DNA from: an uncultured Flavobacteriales bacterium
GTDB lineage: Bacteria; Bacteroidota; Bacteroidia; Flavobacteriales_D; Crocinitomicaceae
NCBI GenBank assembly: GCA_903939755.1
Contig: CAJAII010000002.1
Location: 490 to 64,489, forward strand
Direction: 5' to 3'
Length of the DNA stretch: 64,000 nt
Below the pieces are notes generated by a model. That model worked only from the letters and a program-made list of their open reading frames with translations, did not search any database and was not told the origin of the DNA. Position 1 is the stretch's first letter, and each line of letters starts with the position of its first letter. Both the position numbers and the translations under genes were made by a program. Positions 8,211-18,182 of this stretch are shown one piece after another.

Positions 8211-9448
8211 TTAGTAATGGATTTAATCTCAAGTAAAGAACAGTTCTCTTTCAATAATAAGGATTGTGCGAGGTCAAGCAGGTGAGAAGGTTCGATGGCT
8301 TGGTATATTTGTGCTTCTTCGTTCATGCCATTGGCATCGCCCAATAATTCGTAAAAACACAAATTCATAGCTCGGTTTAATAAGGCTTGCTCTTGGAATT
8401 CTCTAGAAGTTCTAATTTTTAACTTTAAGCGTTTTAATTCCTCGTCATTGATGGGAATTGTTTTGTATTCTTCTAACACCAACCATAGTGCTTTGTCTAA
8501 CTCTTCCAAGGAACTATCGGGTGCAATTTTACCAGTAATTATAAATAATCCGTGATCGATCGAACCAAGGATATAGGTGTTTATTTCGGTGACTAGTTGT
8601 AATTCCTTTTTTAGTTTTAAATATAGTTTACTCGATTTTTCTTTAGATAATTCATCGGATAAGACATCTGCCATGTAATATTCTTCTGATTTACGTTCTG
8701 CCATTTTAAAGGCATAATAAAAACAATCTGCTGGCACATCTCTTTCAATTCTTTTCTTCCGAAAAGCCAATTGCTTGGGTTCCGCTGGTAAAATGCGTAC
8801 CGGTTTTTTTTGTTTGGGAATATCGCCAAACCACTTATTAACGATTGTTTTTATGAAATCGAGTTCAAAATTTCCTGCAATACAAAGTATGGCATTTGAG
8901 GGGTGATAATACTTGTGAAAAAAGGCTTTTACATCTTCGAGTGTGGCGTCTTCAATGTGTTTGATTTCTTTGCCAATGGTGGCCCATTTGTATGGATGAA
9001 CCTCATAGGCAAGCGGACGTAGTTCAAGCCATGCATCCCCATAGGGTTGATTTAAATAATTTTGTTTGAACTCTTCGATTACCACACTTCGTTGTACTTC
9101 CAGGCTTTTTTCAGAGAATGCCAATGAAAGCATTCGGTCACTTTCTAACCAAAGTGCTGTTTCAATATTTTGAGCGGGAAGTACATTATAGTAATTCGTA
9201 ATATCATTGGAAGTAAATGCATTGCTTTCGCCTCCCGCATTTTGAAGGGGGGAATCAAAAGCTGGGATATTAATGGATCCTCCGAACATTAAATGCTCGA
9301 ATAAGTGCGCAAATCCTGTTTGTGTTTCGGATTCGTCGCGTGCACCGACATCATACAAGGTATTCACTACAGCCATTGGTGTTGATATATCTTTATGGAA
9401 GATAACTTTTAGACCATTACTTAATTCGAATCGCTCAAATTGTACCAT
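8207..9448 (-). CDS. M16 family zinc peptidase (pitrilysin/insulinase-like)
   Basis: Inverted zinc motif HLFEH in GFAHLFEHLMFGGS. Confidence 0.88.
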   Translation of the reverse strand: MVQFERFELSNGLKVIFHKDISTPMAVVNTLYDVGARDESETQTGFAHLFEHLMFGGSINIPAFDSPLQNAGGESNAFTSNDITNYYNVLPAQNIETALWLESDRMLSLAFSEKSLEVQRSVVIEEFKQNYLNQPYGDAWLELRPLAYEVHPYKWATIGKEIKHIEDATLEDVKAFFHKYYHPSNAILCIAGNFELDFIKTIVNKWFGDIPKQKKPVRILPAEPKQLAFRKKRIERDVPADCFYYAFKMAERKSEEYYMADVLSDELSKEKSSKLYLKLKKELQLVTEINTYILGSIDHGLFIITGKIAPDSSLEELDKALWLVLEEYKTIPINDEELKRLKLKIRTSREFQEQALLNRAMNLCFYELLGDANGMNEEAQIYQAIEPSHLLDLAQSLLLKENCSLLEIKSITK

Positions 9449-9450
9449 AC

Positions 9451-10407
9451 TTAAAATTGGAATTTTGTCGTTGTTTGTTCTTTTATTGCTTCTCTGTATT
9501 CGGAGAGCATTTCACTAATGATGTCAGCCGCTGGTAATATCGTGTCTAAAATGGCGGAAACTTGTCCAATTTCTAATTCGCCATTTTCTAAATCTCCCTC
9601 GAACATTCCTTTCTTAGCGCGGCCTTTTCCTAGGAGCTCCTTCAATTCATTGGTGTCGGCTCCTTTTTCGTATGCACTACTCACCAATTCGGAAAATTTA
9701 TTTTTTAGCAGTCTAACTGGGGTCAATTCTTTTAAAGTTAAAAAGGTATCGCCTTCTTTCGCATTGATCACGGCATTTTTAAAGTTAATATGCGCACTTG
9801 CTTCAACAGATGCAACAAATCTACTTCCAACTTGCACCCCGTCAGCGCCTAAATTCATGGCGGCTAACATGGCCTTTCCAGTTCCAATTCCCCCTGCAGC
9901 AATTAATGGGACATTGACTTTTTTTGATACCATTGGAATTAAACATAGGGTGGTAGTTTCATCTCGCCCATTATGACCTCCTGCTTCGAATCCTTCTGCA
10001 ACAATAGCATCGACGCCGGCATCTTGTGCCTTAAGCGCAAATTTTAGGCTAGATACCACATGCACGACAATTATTCCATGCGCTTTCAAATGACTTGTCC
10101 ATTTACTTGGGTTTCCTGCTGAGGTGAAAACGATAGGAACTTTATATTTTATGATGGTTGCAATGTGTTTATCGCTATCGGGATATAGCATCGGAAGGTT
10201 AACTGCAAAAGGCTTATTGGTGGCCGCTTTGCATTGGATAATTTGTTGTTCGAGAATTTCAGGATACATGGATCCTGAGCCAATTATTCCTAAGCCACCG
10301 GCATTTGAAACAGCGGATGCTAATTCCCATCCTGAACACCAGATCATTCCCCCTTGAATTAAAGGGATTTCTATACCAAATAAGGCACAAATACGATTTT
10401 CACCCAT
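9451..10407 (-). CDS. NAD(P)H-dependent flavin oxidoreductase (nitronate monooxygenase / FabK-like)
   Basis: IPLIQGGMIWCSGWELASAVSNAGGLGIIG and IAAGGIGTGKAMLAAMNLGADGVQVGSRF. The track start at 10431 is TTG; ATG is at 10407. Confidence 0.85.
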   Translation of the reverse strand: MGENRICALFGIEIPLIQGGMIWCSGWELASAVSNAGGLGIIGSGSMYPEILEQQIIQCKAATNKPFAVNLPMLYPDSDKHIATIIKYKVPIVFTSAGNPSKWTSHLKAHGIIVVHVVSSLKFALKAQDAGVDAIVAEGFEAGGHNGRDETTTLCLIPMVSKKVNVPLIAAGGIGTGKAMLAAMNLGADGVQVGSRFVASVEASAHINFKNAVINAKEGDTFLTLKELTPVRLLKNKFSELVSSAYEKGADTNELKELLGKGRAKKGMFEGDLENGELEIGQVSAILDTILPAADIISEMLSEYREAIKEQTTTKFQF

Positions 10408-10619
10408 TTTTTTACTTTTCTTCGTCCGCAAAATTACGTAAATAGTCGAATTGCGATCGTTGATTTAATCAAGCATATTAAAAGTAGGTATAATCTTTCG
10501 TTAATTGATGTATGCGTAATGACTTACTTTTTTGGATAATTATTCCAATTTGGCAGGAATACCTATACTAAACATGATTTTCCCATCATTTTTAATTAAT
10601 TTAGGTGCAAATTTTATTC

Positions 10620-13600
10620 ATGCGTTGTTTTGTTGTCTTTTTCTGTTTTGTATTTCTCTTCCACTATTCTTGGGGGCAGGCATCAAAATTAGAATCGGGT
10701 GCTTCACACGGCACTCATTCGGGAGGTTTTTTTGAAAACAAAGGTCAATGGCCAGAAGGGGTATTGTTTAAAACCCAAATTTCGGGTGGCAATATCTGGG
10801 TGCAACAAAAAAAGTTGGTCTTTCATTTACAAGATTTTTCTCAATTACATAATGCACACTTCGATGGCAAAGTAACGGGAGATCCCGTTTTAAAAGAAAC
10901 GGTGGTTCATTTGAATTTTCTTGGCTCAAATTTCGTTCAGTCCAGTGAAAAAAGTAAACCATTGCCTTTTTACTATAATTATTTTGTGGGAAAAGATAGC
11001 ACGAAATGGGCTTCTGATGTGCATGGTTTCGAAGAGGTTACTCTCCCTAATTTGTATGATGGAATTGATTTGAAATTTGCTACTTCTAAGGACTTGACTA
11101 AATATGAATTTTTGGTAAAACCAACCGTCGACCCTTCTCAAATTGCATTGAATTATGTAGGCCAAGAGAAAATGAAAATTGAGCGAAATGGGAATCTAAG
11201 TTTGCTTACTTCTTTAGGAAAAATCGTAGAGCAAAAACCAATCGCATATCAATTAATAGACGGAAAAAGAATAGAGATAAAATGTGAATTTGAGATAAAA
11301 GACAGTATCGTTTCTTTTAAGTTAGGCAGTTATAATAAGAGTGTTGAATTAATTATAGATCCTGTCTTGGTTTTTGCCACTTATAACGGGGCTATTTCCG
11401 ACAATTTTGGTATGACGGCCACATACGGGCAGGATGGATCAGCCTTTTCTGGTGGAACTGTTTTTGGAAATAATTATCCTTTACCAAACCCAAATGCGTT
11501 TGATGTAGCATCTAATTTTACCGCGGTTTCAGGGAATTATGGAATTACAGATGTTTTCATTTCCAAGTATACAGCGAATGGAACCTACATGATCTGGTCC
11601 ACTTTTTTAGGTGGCGGAAATATGGTGGATGGTACTGAAACTGCTCACAGCTTAATTTGTGATTCAAGTAACAATTTGTATGTTTTTGGAGCAACATCCA
11701 GTATTGATTTCCCTACCACTCCAGGTGCTTTTCAAGGAAATCATAATGGGGGGAATGTGGGTGCTAATTTTTTGTATAATGGGGTGTATTTTTCGAACCA
11801 AGGAACGGATATCTATGTTTCGAAATTAAGTGCGAATGGTCAAAATTTACTAGGTTCAACGTATGTTGGTGGATCAAGTAATGACGGTGTAAACTACAAA
11901 ATTTCAGGATTACCTTATAATGGATCATTTCTTTATGATTCATTAACCACCAATTATGGTGATCAGTTTCGTGGAGAAATTATGTTGGATGAATCGAATA
12001 ATATCTTAATTGGTTCTTGTTCGCGCTCTTCTAATTTTCCAGTCTCCAACGCTTTTCAACCTATTAAATCAGGAGGGCAAGATGCAGTTGTTTTTAAACT
12101 TTCTTCCAATTTTTCCAATCTTTTGTTTTCATCGTTTTACGGAGGATCTCTAAATGATGCCTGTTATTCCATTAAAATTGACACGCTAAATAATGTGGTT
12201 TTTGCTGGTGGGACTTGCTCGAGTAATTTACCTGGCACGACTGGTGGATTTACGCCCACTTACCAAGGTGGTAAAACAGATGGGTATGTCGCAAAAATCA
12301 CTTCCTCAGGAAACAGCGTAATAAACGCAAGTTATTTAGGTAAATTCGATTATGACCAAGCGTTTTTTGTCGAAATAGATCGAAATAATAATATTTTCGT
12401 TTTGGGGCAATCAATCAGTGGAACTTTTCCAGTATTCAATGCGCCTTATTCAAATCCCAATAGTGGTCAGTTTATTATGAAGTTAAATAACAGCTTGACG
12501 CTAAATCTTGCTTCTACGGTTATTGGAAATGGAAACGGCGCCATTAATATTTCTCCATCTGCCTTTTTAGTCGATATCTGTGGAAATATCTATATATCGG
12601 GATGGGGTGCGAATATTTTGCAAAATACGCCATTAAGTGGAATGCCAATTACTCCTAACGCTTTTCAGCCATTTACAGCCGGTTTTGATTTTTATTTGAT
12701 GGTATTAGAACGAGATTTTCTTGGCTTACTGTATGGAAGTTATATTGGTGGTGCCAATGCTCATGAACATGTAGACGGCGGCACCTCAAGGTTTGATAAA
12801 AATGGCGTCGTGTATCAATCGGTATGTGGTGGTTGTGGCGGATGGAGTGATTTCCCAACTAGTCCTGGGGCTTGGTCTCCATCAAATAATAGTTCTAACT
12901 GCAACAACCTACTTTTTAAATTTGATTTTCAAATAATTCCGAATGCTCAATTTTCGACCAGTACCAATATTGGTTGCGAGGACTTTGTCGTATACTTCAA
13001 TAATTCATCATCGCTGCAGGATGAGTATTTATGGGATTTTGGTAATAATAATACCACCTCTACTATTTTTAACCCTGTTGTTACGTATACGGAACCAGGC
13101 GTATATAGCGTATTTCTGTATGTTACAGATAGCGTTTGCGCTTTAACAGATACAGCGCAAATTACAATTACGGTGTTGGATTCTATCTCGTTTTCAGTGC
13201 TAGACACTATTAATTTATGCTCGAATGTTCCTTATTTATTGTCGGTAAATCCAAATGGAATTTCTAATTATGTTATTTGGTCGCTAAATAGTAATCTTTC
13301 TAATCCACTAAATAATCCAATGGATTCATCGATAATTGTTTCAAGTGCTGGAATGTATTATGTAGAGGTAGGGAATGGGCTTTGTAGTCGATTAGATAGT
13401 GTTTATGTGAATTTTGATGTCCCAATATCGGCTAATTTTTCACCTTCGGTTGTTGGTGGATGTACTCCAATTACGGTTGATTTTGACAATTCTTCCAGTG
13501 TTACGAGTAATTTCTATTGGGATTTTGGTAATGGTGTGGTGGATTCCATCAATTACTCCCCGTCGATTACCTATTCTCAACCTGGCACCTATTTAGTCAC

Positions 13601-14684
13601 TCTTTTCATTTTAGATACAGCCTGCGCAGGAGTAGATTCTGCCTCATTTACCATTAATGTCTCACCTTCCATTTCAGTTTCCTTAACAGATGTTGTGAAT
13701 ATTTGTACGAGTAACCCAATTAGCTTGGTTCCAACGGTGACTGGTGGTGCAAATTATTTTATATGGTCTTCCAATAGTCAATTTAGTGACACCTTAAATG
13801 CGAGTGTGTTGGATACAACACTTTTCTTAATTGATCCTCAATCTGGTTACTATTATTTTCAAGCGGGAAACAATGATTGCTCCATAATGGATAGTGTTCT
13901 CATTGTGATTTTTAGTAATGAACTGAATTTAACTGCCTCCAATACGCTTTGTTTAGGCGATAGTTTGTTGGCTACGGTAACGAATTCAGGAACGGAATCT
14001 TTTACCTACGTTTGGTCTCCTTTATCGGTTATTCTAAATCCAAATCCTTCCAATCAAGTGTATGTGCAGCCTTTGTCTTCTCAATACATTTATGTGGAGG
14101 CCACTTCGGCCAATAATTGTGTGGTAAATGATTCTGTTTTTGTAAACGTATTTTATCTCGATCCTAGCTCTGTCGTTGCGTCTGCTCAACCAACATTGGT
14201 AGTTCCAGGTTCGCAAGTTTTACTGAGCGGATTACCTGGTGGGATGACAACGTATTCTTGGACACCGACCGCGGGTTTGAATACACCAACTCTGCAGAAC
14301 ACGTTTGCAACGGTTCAACAAACGACCATTTTTACGCTCACTGTTTCTGATGGTGTTTGTTTTATTAGTGATACAACAGAAGTGAAGGTGTATGAAATAA
14401 TTTGTGATGATCCGTATGTCTTTGTCCCAAATGCATTTTCACCTAACGGAGATGGAAATAATGATATCTTGTATGTAAGAGGTCTATGGGTTGAAAAAGT
14501 CATTTTCCGTGTATTTGACAGATGGGGAGAGCTAGTCTTTGAATCCGATCAAATTGCAAATGGCTGGGATGGCACCTTCCAAGGAAGAAAATTAGCGCCG
14601 GATGTATTTGATTATTACCTAGATGTAACGTGCATAGGTGGGTTGAAATCAATTAGTAAAGGAAACGTAACATTAATGAAATAA
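10620..14684 (+). CDS. Very large secreted protein: SBBP beta-propeller repeats, two PKD-like modules, gliding motility-associated C-terminal domain (T9SS type B CTD)
   Basis: Recurrent ...NN(I/L)Y(V/I)xG.T.S.(D/N)FP.T..AFQ repeats. PKD motifs WDFGNNNTT and WDFGNGVVD. C-terminus VPNAFSPNGDGNNDILYV...FDRWGELVFES...GWDGTFQG. ATG at 10620 follows the GTG at 10605. Confidence 0.88.
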   Translation: MRCFVVFFCFVFLFHYSWGQASKLESGASHGTHSGGFFENKGQWPEGVLFKTQISGGNIWVQQKKLVFHLQDFSQLHNAHFDGKVTGDPVLKETVVHLNFLGSNFVQSSEKSKPLPFYYNYFVGKDSTKWASDVHGFEEVTLPNLYDGIDLKFATSKDLTKYEFLVKPTVDPSQIALNYVGQEKMKIERNGNLSLLTSLGKIVEQKPIAYQLIDGKRIEIKCEFEIKDSIVSFKLGSYNKSVELIIDPVLVFATYNGAISDNFGMTATYGQDGSAFSGGTVFGNNYPLPNPNAFDVASNFTAVSGNYGITDVFISKYTANGTYMIWSTFLGGGNMVDGTETAHSLICDSSNNLYVFGATSSIDFPTTPGAFQGNHNGGNVGANFLYNGVYFSNQGTDIYVSKLSANGQNLLGSTYVGGSSNDGVNYKISGLPYNGSFLYDSLTTNYGDQFRGEIMLDESNNILIGSCSRSSNFPVSNAFQPIKSGGQDAVVFKLSSNFSNLLFSSFYGGSLNDACYSIKIDTLNNVVFAGGTCSSNLPGTTGGFTPTYQGGKTDGYVAKITSSGNSVINASYLGKFDYDQAFFVEIDRNNNIFVLGQSISGTFPVFNAPYSNPNSGQFIMKLNNSLTLNLASTVIGNGNGAINISPSAFLVDICGNIYISGWGANILQNTPLSGMPITPNAFQPFTAGFDFYLMVLERDFLGLLYGSYIGGANAHEHVDGGTSRFDKNGVVYQSVCGGCGGWSDFPTSPGAWSPSNNSSNCNNLLFKFDFQIIPNAQFSTSTNIGCEDFVVYFNNSSSLQDEYLWDFGNNNTTSTIFNPVVTYTEPGVYSVFLYVTDSVCALTDTAQITITVLDSISFSVLDTINLCSNVPYLLSVNPNGISNYVIWSLNSNLSNPLNNPMDSSIIVSSAGMYYVEVGNGLCSRLDSVYVNFDVPISANFSPSVVGGCTPITVDFDNSSSVTSNFYWDFGNGVVDSINYSPSITYSQPGTYLVTLFILDTACAGVDSASFTINVSPSISVSLTDVVNICTSNPISLVPTVTGGANYFIWSSNSQFSDTLNASVLDTTLFLIDPQSGYYYFQAGNNDCSIMDSVLIVIFSNELNLTASNTLCLGDSLLATVTNSGTESFTYVWSPLSVILNPNPSNQVYVQPLSSQYIYVEATSANNCVVNDSVFVNVFYLDPSSVVASAQPTLVVPGSQVLLSGLPGGMTTYSWTPTAGLNTPTLQNTFATVQQTTIFTLTVSDGVCFISDTTEVKVYEIICDDPYVFVPNAFSPNGDGNNDILYVRGLWVEKVIFRVFDRWGELVFESDQIANGWDGTFQGRKLAPDVFDYYLDVTCIGGLKSISKGNVTLMK

Positions 14685-14687
14685 ACT

Positions 14688-15767
14688 ATGAAAAAAATTA
14701 TCACTTCGAATTCGGAGAAATTTCTCGAAAAATATTTAAATAACGCCAGTCCAACTGGGTTTGAGTCGGAAGGACAAAAATTATGGTTGGAATATATCAA
14801 ACCATATATTGATGATTATTTTGTCGATAATTATGGCTCTGTTGCTGGTATAATTAATCCAGGAATGGACTATAAAGTGGTAATCGAAGCGCATGCTGAT
14901 GAAATTTCATGGTTTGTGCATTACATCACCAAGGATGGCTTTATCTATTTAAAGCGAAATGGTGGTTCGGATCACATGATCGCGCCTTCAAAACGGGTAA
15001 ACATTCATACAGATAAAGGCATAGTGAAAGCTATTTTTGGTTGGCCTGCGATCCACATGAGACATGCTAAAGAAGAAACGCCAAGCATGAAAAATATCTT
15101 TTTAGATTGCGGTTGCGCTTCAAAAGAGGAAGTGGAGAAATTGGGCGTTCATGTGGGTTGCGTGGCAACTTTTGAGGATGAATTCATGATTCTGAATAAA
15201 AATAAATACGTTGGACGTGCCTTAGATAATAGAGTAGGTGGCTTTATGATTGCTGAAGTAGCTCGCTTATTAAAAGAAACGAAAACGGCTCTTCCATTTA
15301 CTTTGTATGTGGTTAATGCGGTCCAAGAAGAGATTGGCTTGCGTGGGGCTGAAATGATTGCTCATAAAATAAAACCGGATGTAGCTTTGATTACGGATGT
15401 ATGCCACGATACAGCAACGCCGATGGTTGATAAAATAGAAAATGGCGATCAAAAGTCGGGTGATGGTCCGGTATTAACGTATGGCCCAGCTGTTCAGAAC
15501 AATTTCTTGAATTTAATTATTAAAGCAGCAGATAAAAATAAAATCCCTTTTCAACGAGCAGCTGTTTCTCGCTCTACGGGAACGGATACGGATGCTTTTG
15601 CTTATTCCAATGAAGGAGTTACCAGTGCGCTGATATCTTTACCATTGCGTTACATGCACACTACGGTTGAAACGGTGCATAAGGAAGATGTGGAAAATTG
15701 TATCCGTCTCATTTTTGAATCACTGAAGACCATAAAGCAAGGACAAGACTTTAGGTATTTGAAGTAA
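14688..15767 (+). CDS. M42 family metallopeptidase (glutamyl aminopeptidase/FrvX-like)
   Basis: EAHADEI, GRALDNRVGG and QEEIGLRGA motifs are typical of M42. Confidence 0.85.
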   Translation: MKKIITSNSEKFLEKYLNNASPTGFESEGQKLWLEYIKPYIDDYFVDNYGSVAGIINPGMDYKVVIEAHADEISWFVHYITKDGFIYLKRNGGSDHMIAPSKRVNIHTDKGIVKAIFGWPAIHMRHAKEETPSMKNIFLDCGCASKEEVEKLGVHVGCVATFEDEFMILNKNKYVGRALDNRVGGFMIAEVARLLKETKTALPFTLYVVNAVQEEIGLRGAEMIAHKIKPDVALITDVCHDTATPMVDKIENGDQKSGDGPVLTYGPAVQNNFLNLIIKAADKNKIPFQRAAVSRSTGTDTDAFAYSNEGVTSALISLPLRYMHTTVETVHKEDVENCIRLIFESLKTIKQGQDFRYLK

Positions 15768-15789
15768 TTTCTTTTAGTTAGATTTTCAT

Positions 15790-15834
15790 CCTTTTGTACT
15801 TGTGCTGAGCTTGCCGTAGTAACAAGACAAAAGG
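15790..15834 (+). terminator. Stem-loop downstream of the M42 gene (13 bp stem with one bulge, no U-tract)
   Basis: ccttttgt(a)cttgt pairs with acaagacaaaagg; the loop is 18 nt. Confidence 0.35.
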
Positions 15835-15884
15835 GCAAACAAAATAAAGTCTGATTTTTATCTAGAAATACTGATAATATTTCT

Positions 15885-15892
15885 TATTTTTG
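15885..15892 (+). promoter_or_regulatory. Bacteroidota -7 promoter box TAnnTTTG (tatttttg)
   Basis: Exact match to the consensus, 20 nt upstream of the ATG at 15912. Confidence 0.4.
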
Positions 15893-15911
15893 GTATACTA
15901 ATTATACCATT

Positions 15912-18026
15912 ATGAAAATAAAATTTCTACTAGCTTTCGCTTATTCATTTTTTAATATTTACGTTTATTCACAATGTAATCTGATGGCAACCACAGTTGC
16001 CAACAATGCAATGGGTGGTGGAGCAAATGGCAGTGTTACATTATCTGTTTCTGGCGGAACACCCCCTTATACTTATGCGTGGAGTAGTGGGCAAACTACT
16101 CAGAATATTAATTTACTTCCTCCAGGTTGTTATTCCGTAATGATTACGGATGCAGCTGGCTGCTCAGCTATGGCGTCGTCATGCTTGGTGAATCAAGCCG
16201 GACCTATCTTATTTTCAAATTCTAATCCAGTGAGTACTTTCACGGTTGTAAACGGAGGCTTCACGCCTCAATGGGTGTGTGCCAACCAAACACTTCAAAC
16301 CGATGGAGGAATTATGAAAATTTACCTAGAATCAGGTGCGACCATGATTACGGGTGGTGGGATTGATACGGTTTATGCTAAAACTGGCTCCACGATTACC
16401 ATGACGGGAGGGATTCATGTCATTTACCATGAACCTGGTGTTACCTTAAATATGAATGGTGGAATCCCTACTCTGTATCCGTGTCCAAGCTTGGCATTTA
16501 ATTATTCGCTAGCGCCAGCTGGTGGTTGCACTCCTGTATTAACATGTAACCTCGCAGTTGCTTTAAGTGTTGGAAATACAATCGGAGGAGGAAACAACGG
16601 AAGTATTAACACCACGGTTTCCAACGGTACCTTTCCTTTTACTTATGCGTGGAGTAATGGTCAAACTGTTGCTAATTTGAATAACCTTAATCCGGGAGCA
16701 TACAGTGTGATTGTAACGGATGCCAATGGATGTGTAGATACGGCCGCTGCTAACTTAATAAATTTAGCTGGTCCAACGGTGCTGTCTAATTCTAATGTGG
16801 TAAGTAGCTATCAAGTGGTGAACGGTGGATTTACGCCGCAATGGGTTTGCCCCAATGATACCCTTTATACTGATGGTGGTATTATGAATGTTTACCTTGA
16901 AGCCGGCGCAACCATGATTACGGGCGGTGGAATTGATAGTATTTTTGCTAAAACTGGTTCCACAATTATTATGAATGGTGGAATCCATCGAATCTATCAT
17001 GAACCTGGTGTGAATCTCGTTATGAATGGTGGAATCCCATACTTATTTCCTTGTCCAAGTTTAGTCTTTAATTACTCACAAGCGCCTGCCAATGGCTGTG
17101 TACCAGTTCCGGTTTGTAATATGTCTGCTAGTATTTCAACTATTAACATAGATTGTTATGGCGCGGCCTCAGGTTCTGCAACTGCAAGCATCACTGGAGG
17201 CACAGGTCCTTATATTTATCTATGGAATAATGGCTCTATTACCCAAACTATATCTAATTTACCTGTTGGCTGCTACACCGTAACGATTACTGATGCTAAT
17301 GGATGTGTTGTTTCTCAAACGGCTTGTATTACTGAAGCAGCAGTGTTTTTAGCAACTGCAACAGTTATAAACCCAATTTTATGTAATGGCGGTAGTGCTC
17401 TTGTTAATGTGACGGCCACGGGAGGTACAATGCCTTACACTGGGATTGGTTCTTTTAATTTTACTTCGGGTATTCAGTCTTTCACATTGTTTGATAATAA
17501 CGGCTGTACACTCACGGGTATGATAATAATAGCCGAACCTACAGCAATTACATTAACTACTAATTCTACCGATGAAATAGTAGGCAATGATGGAACGGCA
17601 ACAGTTACTGTATCGGGTGGTACAGCTCCGTATTCGTATCTTTGGACACCAAGCGGTCAAACGGGCGCGAATGCAACTGGATTGGCTGCAGGGATGTATA
17701 ATGTCGAAGTAACCGATGCTAACGGCTGCACTGAATCCACACAGGTTCAGGTTGGATCGCAAGTTGGTTTGAATGAACACGGTAACTCGGACATAATTTC
17801 GATGTACCCAAATCCTGCAACTGAACAACTTTACATTAACAGATTAATGGACAATGACCCAACTGAAATTAATATTTATTCGATCGATGGTCAGTTAGTA
17901 AGTACACTAAATTTTACAAGTGGTAAAGTTATTTGTTTGTCAGTTGATCAGTGGCCAACGGGTGTCTACCATGTGCATGTGAAATCAGCAACTGGTGCTT
18001 ATACAATGCCCTTTGTGAAACAATAA
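15912..18026 (+). CDS. T9SS type A C-terminal sorting domain protein with SprB-type repeats and a duplicated GGI-rich module
   Basis: SprB-like repeats (GSVTLSVSGGTPPYTYAWSSGQT...ITDAAGC, and four more). C-terminal Por secretion tail MYPNPATEQLYI...VYHVHVKS. Confidence 0.85.
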   Translation: MKIKFLLAFAYSFFNIYVYSQCNLMATTVANNAMGGGANGSVTLSVSGGTPPYTYAWSSGQTTQNINLLPPGCYSVMITDAAGCSAMASSCLVNQAGPILFSNSNPVSTFTVVNGGFTPQWVCANQTLQTDGGIMKIYLESGATMITGGGIDTVYAKTGSTITMTGGIHVIYHEPGVTLNMNGGIPTLYPCPSLAFNYSLAPAGGCTPVLTCNLAVALSVGNTIGGGNNGSINTTVSNGTFPFTYAWSNGQTVANLNNLNPGAYSVIVTDANGCVDTAAANLINLAGPTVLSNSNVVSSYQVVNGGFTPQWVCPNDTLYTDGGIMNVYLEAGATMITGGGIDSIFAKTGSTIIMNGGIHRIYHEPGVNLVMNGGIPYLFPCPSLVFNYSQAPANGCVPVPVCNMSASISTINIDCYGAASGSATASITGGTGPYIYLWNNGSITQTISNLPVGCYTVTITDANGCVVSQTACITEAAVFLATATVINPILCNGGSALVNVTATGGTMPYTGIGSFNFTSGIQSFTLFDNNGCTLTGMIIIAEPTAITLTTNSTDEIVGNDGTATVTVSGGTAPYSYLWTPSGQTGANATGLAAGMYNVEVTDANGCTESTQVQVGSQVGLNEHGNSDIISMYPNPATEQLYINRLMDNDPTEINIYSIDGQLVSTLNFTSGKVICLSVDQWPTGVYHVHVKSATGAYTMPFVKQ

Positions 18027-18072
18027 TAGATGTATTTCTTTTAATAATCCTTTGATTTAGTTAAAAAAAACC

Positions 18073-18080
18073 TACTTTTG
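18073..18080 (+). promoter_or_regulatory. Bacteroidota -7 box TAnnTTTG (tacttttg) with upstream TTTG at 18051-18054
   Basis: The consensus match ends 4 nt before the predicted SRP RNA 5' end. The TTTG lies 18 nt upstream of the box. Confidence 0.5.
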
Positions 18081-18084
18081 CATT

Positions 18085-18182
18085 GGGGTAAGTCTTTTAC
18101 GACCAGCTCCCTCTGAATCCTCCAGGTCGGGAACGAAGCAAAGGTATGAGGTTGTAGCGGTGCGATGGAAGTAGCTTACCCC
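18085..18182 (+). ncRNA. ffs: Signal recognition particle RNA (small bacterial 4.5S type)
   Basis: The 5' ggggtaag pairs with the 3' cttacccc. The core ccaggtcgGGAAcgaAGCAaagg has a GGAA tetraloop closed by a 3-bp stem followed by AGCA, as in domain IV of bacterial SRP RNA. It is followed by a T-run (tctttttttt). Confidence 0.8.

Noticed and set aside
9518-9976. 152-aa plus-strand ORF antisense to the flavin oxidoreductase gene. Similar shadow ORFs occur at 61431-61814, 28655-28987, 50121-50444, 62726-63007, 23260-23544 and 5404-5721.
   Set aside because: All lie fully inside well-supported genes on the other strand. They have Ser/Pro/Ala-rich low-information sequences typical of antisense frames, and none has an independent promoter or gene-like context.
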